Positions 1-10,702 of a DNA stretch of 64,000 bases are shown one piece after another. The first letter of the stretch is position 1. The number at the start of each line of letters is the position of its first letter. The stretch comes from Paraspadella gotoi (taxonomy: Eukaryota > Animalia > Chaetognatha). The stretch is taken from the NCBI GenBank assembly GCA_051294375.1, contig CM119268.1:10361607-10425606 (forward strand), in the 5' to 3' direction. The translations under genes and the position numbers were made by a program. A model generated the notes under the pieces. It did not search any database and had not been told where the DNA came from. It saw only the letters and a program-made list of their open reading frames with translations.

Positions 1-590
1 GTTTATTTATCATAAAATAAATTTTGAAACAGGTCTGTTTCTTGCGCTGCTTCGAAATCGTGACAGTGTCAATTTTAGTTTTTTCTTTGTTCGTCCTGGG
101 AAACATCACTGTGACGCTCTATTTTAGTTTTGTTGTATTTTAGTCCTACTAAAATTATTTATACAAACGATATATTTTTCCAGTTTTAGACTGTTTCGCC
201 TCTTTCTCCGTAACATACGTCACGCTTGCTTTTTTAAAGGGATGTAGCTATACTTTTTGATATACTATTCGTTATATTCGTTACTCTTTTATCTTTAATG
301 GTTTCCATATCATTGACGCTGTTTTCGTTATACGCGGATCAAATTTTATCGATTTAATGTTTATCTCTATTCCATGGATCAACGCGGGAAAAAGTTTTAC
401 ACGAGGTTCCTTGGAGGCCTTCCAGGGAAAGACGATACATAATGTCTTTCTTTCCCTCCCCCCCCATTTCTTTCTTTAAGATAAAGTTTGCAAATTTTTA
501 CAAAATTTTATCATTTTTCTATTATATTACATGTTTGTCCTTCCTAAGAAAAATATTAAAAAACATTAAGTTTACATAATTGGATTCAAA

Positions 591-2637
591 ATGGAAATGA
601 TTTGCGAAAAAGACCTTCGGAATTCGGCTTCGAGTTCCACGTCGAGATCGGCGACCCAATCTACGGGTTTAAAAAAGTCCCCTCGATCGGACAGTTCCCC
701 CTCGCCCCGCAGAATTATCACCCTCCCCCCGTCACCCGCCGTGAACGAATCTTTTTGCTCTTCTCCATCCTCGCCCTCGACCTCCTCGCCGACCTCTTCT
801 GCGGCCCACCACTCCAACAAACGCGATCCACTTCTCTCCCTCTCTCACTCCACCTCCGCTCCCACCGTCGTCACTTACATCAACAACGACGACGATGACG
901 ACGACGATTACACTTACGTAAGCGACGACGACGATGATGATACGGACGACGACGAGCGTTTTTCCGATCCCTCGTCCGGGGACTTCGTTCGCAGTCGAAG
1001 ATCCCGGTTTCGTCGAAATCGGGAGGCGATTCGGACTTTTGGCGGCGCTCACGGTGGAGGGGGTGATCGGAGGCAGGTTAATTTCGCCCATTCGGAGGAA
1101 CTGAAGAAGATGTTGCAACAAGTAAGAACGAGAGAGAGAGAGAGAGAGAGATCACGATCACATACAATGTAATTATGGAAGCCGAATGACGAACAACTTC
1201 TTTTTTAGGAGCTTTCTCTGAGCGGAGGAGACTTGGACCAAATCCAGGCCTTTGTAGTCACCGAAGACGTGGATCTCGGGCCCAACAATTGCCGCGAATC
1301 CGCGCGTCGATTAGCCTCGCGAATGTGGGAGGCTCGATGGCGTGTAGTGCCTCATCATGCTTTGCCCAAATGGTTGCAGGACAACGACTATCTGCTAAAA
1401 GGTATCCTTGGCGCTAATTCTCGTGCCTCGCCGGTCTCGGGTCATCTAAAAATATTTACGCCTTTTAGGCCACCGTCCTCAACTGGAATCGGCGGTAGCC
1501 TGTTTTAAGAGCATTTTTCGAATTCACACTGAAACCGGAAATATCTGGACTCACTTATTGGGTGCCATTGCCTTTATATCAATTGCTGTTTACGTCCTTA
1601 CTCGCCCATCATTAGAAATTCAGGTAAGAATAATTTTTCAGCTTCTCGCGTCTCGTCTCCTAATTTTGTAGAACTGTTCCCTATTTTCAGTGGCAAGAAA
1701 AAATCGTCTTTTCCACTTTCTTCTTCGCTGCGGTAATCTGCATGAGCTGCTCTTGGATGTACCACACGATGAGTTGCCACTCCCCTTCAGTTTCTTATGT
1801 CTTTGCAAAATTAGACTACTGCGGCATCGCTATTCTCACCATGGGCAGTTTTGTCCCATGGCTTTATTACAGGTTTGTCATTAAAACTTAATTAATATTT
1901 TTTTTTCTTTTTAATTTTTTGTCGCACTTCTCCACAGCTTCTATTGTCAATTCTTTACCAAGATGGCGTACATAGTCGCCATCGTTGTTTTGGGCAGCGC
2001 GGCCATTATTGTATCGTTGTGGGAGAAATTCGCCATAGTGAGTGAATTAAGTAGTAATTATGTAGCAATATGCCCTTTTTGCATTTACATTTTTTTTCGT
2101 TTTCAGCCCCGTTTTCGGCCGTTACGAGCGGGACTATTTATCGGTCTCGGACTAAGTGGAATAATCCCAGCTATTCATTATTCTGTCAACATTGGGTTTT
2201 TTACTGCTTTCACTGCAGGTTGGTCGTATAGTCGGGCTACTTGAGAAATTGGTACGACCAATATAATATTAGTCTATTCGTTCAATAAACTAGCTATCTT
2301 TGGATTTACTTAAATTTATTTTTCCTTTTTTCGTTAATTCAGGGGCTCTTGGATGGCTCATTTTAATGGCGGTACTGTACATTGGTGGAGCATTGGTGTA
2401 CGCCATGCGTGTTCCTGAGCGATTCTTTCCCGGAAAATGTGACATATGGTGATTCTTTGTTCACTGGAAAAATATATTCAATGTTTGGTCAAAATTTTTG
2501 TTTCTCTCAGGTTTCAGTCACATCAAATTTTCCATGTGTTCGTCGTGGCAGCGGCGTTCGTTCACTACCACGGAATCTGCCTCATGGCAGCTCATAGACT
2601 CGCCAAAGGGGACTGCCTGCTTCCCATAGCCTTTTGA
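591..2637 (+). CDS. ADIPOR: Adiponectin receptor (PAQR family), about 8 exons
   Basis: Spliced translation gives PKWLQDNDYLLKGHRP, IFRIHTETGNIWTH, LDYCGIAIL, PERFFPGKCD and FQSHQIFHVFVV, all AdipoR/PAQR signatures; long Ser/Asp-rich N-terminus. Confidence 0.95.
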
Positions 2638-3318
2638 GGAGCCAGTATAAAGTTTAGAGTCCTAACAATTAATATGTATGTCCATGATTTAGTCTATTGA
2701 TTCCCAATGCCATTATTGAATAGAAGTAACTAGTTGCATTGGCAATTTTTGATTTCTCGTGGCATTGCAACTGTACGATAAATATTTTACGTATTCTGTT
2801 ATATTCTGGAGCGATCTCTATGCAACTTTTCAAGTGTCGATGAAGAATTGTTTTATGAGTTTCAATATTTACTGGTGCTTTTTTGGGGTGAGGTTAATTC
2901 TTCAATTCAATTGAAACAATTTGTAAATTATTGATTAATGGTTATAAATTTATTTAAAATGAATTTTTACAGTATTTTAGCTATGTCAGTCTTTGCTCTT
3001 CAGTCACTTGCTTTATCTATTTACTTTTTGATAATTTTGGGGATTTATTTATTTTTTTTGCTACGTAATTTGGGGGCATTTAAGGCATTTAAGCTGTTGT
3101 TAAACAACAAACATCTTCGATAGGTAATGTTTTTCCATAATCTTTACATAGTATTTCATTTGCTAATATTTATGAAATCTAGTCGAAAACTGCCTTCTTG
3201 AATTAGACCAAGCTAAGCTTTGCCAATGACGATGTACGTCATTATTTTCGTTTGTTTTTATTTTATTTCTAAAGAAAAAACTCGGAAGAAAGACGAATAT
3301 TAAACTTTACATTTGACG

Positions 3319-3798
3319 ATGGGTCTCGATGACAACCCTCCGCCCTATGGACCAGGCTATCAGTCACAGCCACCGCCTCCCCCTGGCGCTTATCCCCCAA
3401 TGGCTGGCGCTTATCAGACAGCCCCACCTGGCGCTTATCCTCCGCCCGGAGCTTTTCCGCCCAACTACGGTACGGTTCACATTCCTGCGGGTGCGGTTCC
3501 GCCACCGCCTCCCGGAGCAGCGGGTCACATGATGCCGACGACAATCGTGGTGCAGCCGGCCGAGAATATTATCCTTGTGGGAGGATGCCCAGCCTGTAGG
3601 GTTGGGGTAAGTTAACTTTCGCTTTCCTCTGCGTCTTTTTGTCCGTCCTGAATCATCATCGCAATCTTCTAGGTTTTAGAGGACGATTTCACATGCGCAG
3701 GGATCTGCTTGGCCATTCTCTTATTTCCGATCGGCATTCTCTGCTGCCTTGCCATGCGTCAACGTCGCTGTCCTAATTGCGGCGCGACATTTGCATGA
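3319..3798 (+). CDS. BRI3: Brain protein I3 homolog, 2 exons
   Basis: Pro-rich N-terminus, then GGCPACRVG|[40 protein letters not shown]. Confidence 0.9.
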
Positions 3799-4209
3799 CG
3801 TTTTTATCGACCTCACCGTTCAGCTGGTTACTAATGGGATCTAGTCATTTGCTTGTCAGGTCGATATCACTTCTTGAAAGGCTCGAAACCTATTTCTTCA
3901 TAATCGGACACTGATTTTATATGGAAAACAAGCTATACTTTTAGATGATGGCACTGCCCAATCTACATACCACTTTCCTGTGATATATGTATTTTTTGTC
4001 GCCGAACTTGATTTTTTTGTTAATTTAAATATATATTTTGGTTTTATAATTGTTGGGCACGGGTATGACCTTATAAAGTTTTCTACATTTTTGATTTGTC
4101 ACAAGTGATTTTTTTTTTCTCGCGCTCAATTTGGTTACGAACAAAATTTCTGAATTTAAAATTAGGCTAAGAGGTAAAGTTGAGAAAATAAAAAAATTTT
4201 AAAAAAATA

Positions 4210-7200
4210 ATGGGGAAGCACAAGAGACGCTCTAAATCCCCTCAAAAACTAGACTATCGCGAACTGGACGCCGTGATATTCGGCATCGAGCGTCCCAAAA
4301 AGCGGCGCGATCGATCCCGCGATCGATCTCGCGACAGTTCTCGCGATCGACGTCGGGACAAGCGCCGCGGTAGACGAGCCTCCAGCGATGAGGGGTCGTC
4401 TGACTCTTTTCCCTCTCCGTCCAGAATAAGAGGAAGATCTAAGACTAAACGATCGGGGAGAAAGAATAGAGATGAGTCCGACTCGGATTCCGAAGACGAC
4501 GACGTCGACGCAAAGAAAAAGAAAGTCCCGATGACGGCGGAGGAGCATCTGGCCGCCATCCAAAAAATGAAGGAAGAGAAAAAACTTGCCAAGGTACTGG
4601 ACGAAACTGGGAAGACCTCTTTCGAGTTCAAAATACTTTAAAAGTTACTTTTCAACAATTTAAAACTCTCCTTTGCCTTCCTTCAAAAAGGAGCGCTCAA
4701 AAGCAGTGGAAACGCCCGAGCAGAAACGAGCCCGTCGTCTCGCCAAGAAAGAAGCCAAGGAGCTGAAACGAAAACAAAAGTCTGGTTGGGACGAGGAGTA
4801 CATGGGTTACTCCAACGCCGACAACCCCTTCGGAGACCCCAATCTCCTCGACACATTTGTGTGGGCGAAGAAGCACGAGAAGGACGGGGGTGGAGGAAAA
4901 CGGCCAACGAAGGTTGATATAAGTTTGAATGTTTACTACAGTATGATTTTTCTCAATTGTAACATTTCCTGTGGCCTATCTTAGTCCCTTTACCCTAGAG
5001 ACTTAAATTATGGCTCGTTTTGTAGCCCGCCGTCTGGCATATTTGAATCAATCCATTTTTACATAATTCTAATAAGACTTCTTTTCCCCAATGAAATAAT
5101 CAAATTTGTCGATCAACTTTGATTTTTTTAACTTAATTTAAAAAGTTGATTGTTGTTATAAAATTTAAAGAATTTTATTAAATGGGTAACCTAAAATATT
5201 ATATTTTTATATTCCTTAAAAATTGGTACTTATTTTGTTTTCATGCATTGACCAATAATATGACTAATGCTTAACTACTTTTTTAATAGTATTAAAAAAT
5301 AATACCATTGATTTACATTTTTTAGCGGTCAGTGGTATTTTGGTATTTGAAATAGCTTAAATTTAATTTCATTTTAAAAAGAAAAAATGCTGATGTTCAT
5401 TACCTCATATTAATTTTCGCTTTAATTTTAAGTACTTTTTAATAATCAGAAAAAAATTGGAAATTTGGATTGAAGTTTTAAATTTGACCTCCTCTTAATA
5501 GACGGTCACTAAATAAAAAAGACTGATTACAAATATGTTGTATTATATATCATATAAAATGCCAAACCGAGACCTTCAAAACCGACTATCATTAATCTTT
5601 AGATATATTGTCATGAAATGTTACAAAGGAGAAAAATCATACTGTACCAATTTGTCTAATGAAGACGGAAGAGAACTATAATAAAATTTCGTGAAAATTT
5701 TCAGAACGACGAAGAAATGCACGCGCTAACGTGCGAAGCAAGAAGAGACGCGAAGAGAGTTGGAGAAGGTGAAGAGGAGGAGATTGGAACGCGAAAAGGA
5801 GCGCGAAGAGAGGGAGAAGGAGATGGAGATGATTCAGAGGGAAAAAGAGTCGGAGTACTACAAGGAGTGGGAGAAGCAAGAGGATCGTTTCCACCTTGAG
5901 CAAGCTTTGCTTCGATCGAAGATCCGCATCCAAAACGGTCGCGCCAAGCCGATCGATCTCTTGGCCAAATACATCTCGGCCGAGGAGGACGAATTGGCGA
6001 TCGAAATGCACGAACCGTACACGTACCTCAACGGGCTCACCATCTCCGATTTGGAGGACCTGTTGGAGGACATTAAGGTGGGTGGTAAACTACGCTGAAG
6101 TAGGAAAATAAATAATAATAAATAATAATATATAAATAATAATAAATAATAAATAATAATATAAATAATGACTGGATTTCCTCTCCCCCCCCCAATCCAG
6201 GTCTATCTGGAGTTACAGAGCAAAAAGAATCACGACTACTGGAAGGACATAACCATTATCTGCGAGGAGGAATTGGCGAAGCTAAAACGACTTGATCCGA
6301 CCTATCACAAGCGAGAGAGCAATCGTAGGGAAGGCATCAATCAAGCTGTCTCGCAAGACGTGTCCGTCGTCTTCAAGGGAAAGACATATTCCCAGCTGCT
6401 GCTTCTGGAAAAGTCCATTAAGGAAAAGCTTAAAGGCGGCGAGGGAATCGATGTTGGGTAATACTAATAGTAGGGTCGAGGATTTTTTTTTATCAAATTG
6501 CTACTATGGTTAAATTAACACCGGTAATCTTTGTTTTAATGCTAGCTACTGGGAGTCGCTCCTATCTCAGCTTCGAGCTTTCATGGCTCGGGCGCGGCTC
6601 AGGGAACGACATCAAGAAGTTCTCAAGAAGAAGCTGGCGCAGTTAAAGGAAGAGCAAGGAGTGGAAGGGGAGGATGGTGGAACCGGAGAAGCCAGCGTCG
6701 CTAAGCAAGAAGTAGACGTTCCTCCTTCCACAGAAGCTTCGGCTCACGAATCCGACGGCGACGACGAGAAAAACGAAGCTCCCGCCGACGAGTCCGAAGT
6801 CGTCCTCTCGATGGAAGATCTCCAGGAGGCCGCTTACAACGACTATGACGCAGCTGGATACTCCCCGACGAGGATTACCGATCCCGATAAACTGATTCAA
6901 CTCCAGGCTTTTATCCTCACCGAGGAGGACGACCGAAAGAAGCTGCAAATGGCCCGAGAAAAGCTCCGCGCCACCGGCAGCGGCCGCCTCGATTCCACGG
7001 AGGACAAACTCATGAAAAAGGCCATGGAAGGAATGGGCACCGATGACTGGAATTTCGGCAGCGAGTTATCCCTTGACGCCAAAGCTTACACGTGGTCCGA
7101 CAAGTATCGGCCCAGGAAGCCCCGGTTAGAGAGACAGAGAAAGAAATGTAGAGAAAAGCATAAAATAGAAAAAGAATAGGAATAGTATGGCAACAGCCGG

Positions 7201-8023
7201 GTTGCCTGTGATACTCTTTGAGATGGGGCATCTCACTGTTGGCTTTGGGGGCTTCCGACCCTCAGTGGCGCCTCCTATCACTGGCGCGGTTGCCTTAGGA
7301 CGGTCTTGCTTTGCCAACGCAGAGGGAAGTCGTTAGAACTGTGATTGGAACGGAACGCTTGGGATGGTGCGTTCCCCCTCTGAGCCAATGGGTTTGACTG
7401 AACGATGATGGATGTGAGGCGGTGTGAATATACCGCCACACTAGATTAATAGAGAAAAAGAAAATTACAAGAAAAAAATAAAGAAAAACAACAAAAAATG
7501 AAAAAGTACAGGAAAAAAATCAACGAAAAGAACGAAAAATAAATAAAAAAGAATAGAAAATCGATTCATTGAATTTGGTTTATCGTGTTGTCAGGTATTT
7601 CAACCGAGTTCACACGGGGTTCGAGTGGAATAAATATAATCAAACTCACTACGATTACGACAACCCTCCACCGAAGATCGTTCAGGGTTACAAATTCAAC
7701 ATCTTCTACCCCGACCTCATCGACAAAGCAGCCACCCCGCAGTACACGTTGACGCCCACGCCCGAATCCCCCGACTTTGCCATTCTAAGATTTACCGCTG
7801 GTAGGTTGGGAGCTGAATCGGATGCGGCTATTTTTTTTTTTTTTAGAACTGTTTAATTGTAAAGCTAATCTTGTTCCGTTTAGGGCCACCTTATGAGGAT
7901 ATCGCCTTTAAGATCGTGAGCCGAGAATGGGAATACTCCTACAAACACGGATTTCGATGTCAGTTTCAAAACGGCATTTTTCAACTCTGGTTTCACTTTA
8001 AAAGATATCGCTACAGACGGTAG
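4210..8023 (+). CDS. CACTIN: Cactin (spliceosome C-complex / NF-kB pathway), multi-exon
   Basis: RS-rich N-terminus; GYSNADNPFGD, RAKPIDLLAKYI, KYRPRKPRYFNRVHTGFEWNKYNQTHYDYDNPPPKIVQGYKFNIFYPDL, C-terminal FHFKRYRYRR. Confidence 0.97.
7186..7441. mobile_element. ~250-bp GC-rich interspersed repeat, copy 1 (cactin intron)
   Basis: Highly similar to 62811-63058; ends TATGGC...GCCACAC; flanked by TAG/TAG. Confidence 0.8.
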
Positions 8024-8215
8024 CGTGCTTAAGTTTTATTTAAGTGGTTCATAAAAACTTTAATTTTTTTCCTTCTCCTTCGTTTATCGAGCGACAACAA
8101 ATGTGACGTTTTATATTCTTAATGCCTTCTTATTCGCTTGTCGCCCATTTTTCAATTTTTTTATTTGCCCATGTTAATTTTCAGTTTAATTGAAAAAGTA
8201 TAAAATACATCAATC

Positions 8216-10366
8216 ATGTCGGAACGGAAGGTTCTGAACAAGTACTACCCGCCGGACTACGATCCGGCCAAGATACCAAAACTCCCCAAGGGTGCCCGAT
8301 CACGTCAGTGGGTTCAGCGAGTCATGGCGCCATTCAACATGCGCTGCAACACCTGTGGCGAATACATCGCGAGGGCGAAAAAGTTCAACGCACGTCGAGA
8401 GAAAGTGGTCGGCGAGGATTACCTTGGTCTTATGATATTCCGCTTTTACATAAGGGTAAGTCAGTAGCCGTTTGTCTTGTCTGAAGGGAACAGAAAATAT
8501 TTTACTATGTAGTCGAGCATTGCAAAGTTCACCCCGCCTCTAAGCATGACACCTTCAGTCGTGACCCGGTGGCTCATTGAGTAAAGCCATCAGCTTATGA
8601 CCACTAGGTACCGGGTTCAATCCCAACCCGGTACCTACTCTGCGGGAAGTGTGAGGACGGCCGTAAGCCGCCTTGGGGGCGTGGAAAACCCTCAAGCCTG
8701 GTTCCAAGCCCAGGACCCGTTCCATAGCTGCTAGAGGGGGTTATAGAAGTTACGGATAGTCATATTCAGCCCACTTAGCGCCTTATCCACAACTACACTG
8801 CGGCGCAAAAATAGAAGCCACTAGGTAGCTTTAAATACACCACTATTTCTCTTTTAATTTTAAGAAAATATATATTAAAAGTATAGGTCTTTTAAAGAGC
8901 TATCGATTGGTGCAAGAAAAATTTGAATTGGATCAGGCAGTAGAATATAGCAAGACTTTAAAGTCAGTCAAAATGGAATTGGGAAAAAGTGATTTTCAAA
9001 TGTTAGTATTGACTGAAATATACGATATAGAATTAACAAAATCATAATGGAATTAAACATATGAAAGGGTTGGCAATAAATTTGTATTACTTTTTTATAA
9101 AAAACGATTTTAATGAGTCCTATGTGGCGGTATACCACACCTGGACCAATCGCTTTATCTTTGTCTCGGATGAGATAAAAGGCCTGTCTTTCTTCCTACG
9201 ATTTTCTTTTAATCCTCCCTTCCCAGTGTCCCCGTTGCGTCTCAGAGATCACCTTTAAAACCGACTTGAAGAACTGCGACTACGAGATGGAACACGGCGC
9301 GACTCGCAACTTTATGGCGCAGACTTTGTTGAAACGAGAGGAGGAAGCAGCCAAGAAAGAGAAAGAAAACGAGTCTTTGGACCCAATGACTGTATTGGAG
9401 AACAGGTCAGTGTGAGCGGTATCTCTATTAAGATCCTTAAAAGAAAGGTCCGTGATTATACATTATACATAGACCGTCTCGCCGTCAAGTTCCGCTGGAA
9501 ATTTGGGATTCAATTTTTTTTTTCAATCAATGCCTTTTGCCTAATCCAGAACTAAAGACTCCCAGAAAGAAATGGCTATGATCGATACCTTGGAAGAACT
9601 TCAAGAAATGTCTAGAAAGAGCTCTAAGATCTCGCACGAAGACGTCATAGACATGGTCCGGGCTCCCGGAGAAGCCGAAGCTGCGCAAGAATTGGCCCGG
9701 CAAGAGGCCGAAGACGAAGCTATCGTCAGGTCTGTCTTTCTGCCCTTCGAAATTCAAATAGCGGTTTACATATTCATTATTCATGTTTTGACAATTCCGT
9801 TTAGATCGATCTTTGGCGGTGGGGAGACGAGCGAGCTCAGTGGCGCGACTGTCGAAGCTACGCCACGTATTAAAAGACTCCAAGATTCCTCCTCGGATGA
9901 AGAAGAAGAGGACGAGTCGCGGGAGACGAAGAATCGGAAAAAGACTAAGCCCGACCGAGATTTCGTGCGCTCGAAATCTCCCGATTCGTCAACAGACTCG
10001 TCCAGTGCCCCGTCCACATCAAATAATTCGTCTACAATGCATTCGTCGGGTTCATCCGCTTCCAGCTCCTCTGCTCCGACGACGACCACTAAAGGAAAGT
10101 CATCATGGAACGTCAGCGTCGGATCTTTGGGCGGATTGAAGAAAAACTCGTTGGTTGTTGTAAAAAAAATCAGGAAGAAAGATGAAGCGGAGATGTCCTG
10201 CACTGAGGAAAATGTGAAAGATTTACCGGTTTCAGAGAAGTCAACGACTTTGATTGGACCTTCGAAAGTTTCTGATTTCTTGACAGAGGCTAACTTGAGT
10301 TCAAACGCTGGTAATGCCGGCCTCCTTGGGCTCGCCGCGTATTCCGATAGTGATGATTCTGAATGA
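8216..10366 (+). CDS. YJU2: Splicing factor YJU2/CCDC94
   Basis: [52 protein letters not shown]; C-terminal [13 protein letters not shown]. Confidence 0.95.
8508..8791 (+). mobile_element. tRNA-derived SINE-like repeat, copy 1
   Basis: A-box-like GGTGGCTCATTGAG and B-box GGGTTCAATCCC; second copy at 37566-37833. Confidence 0.75.
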
Positions 10367-10702
10367 CCTAGTTTACTGTCCATTGACTTTCATGTATAAA
10401 TTTTTTATGTTGACTTCGCCTTTTTTGTTTTTTTTTAATCTTTATCAGCGAAGTATGAATGTTTTCGAGAATGTAACAAACCACGCTCCAATAGTTATAG
10501 TTAATACAAGTAAAGATTTAGGATTAGTTCTTTTGCCATCGATCAAACGCTGATATCGCGGCAACTTCTTGTCGTTATGGACCCCGAAAGCTTTGAAAAA
10601 AACACACGTACAATGAGTCGCGTCTCGAGATGATGATGATGTCGTAATAAATTCTGAACAATTCCTCTCCTTCGACTTGGGTACTTAAATCCAGCGGTAA
10701 AA

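Noticed and set aside
9120-9190. Short GC-richer stretch faintly like a 5S rRNA 5' end or the end of the 250-bp repeat
   Set aside because: Similarity too short to support a call
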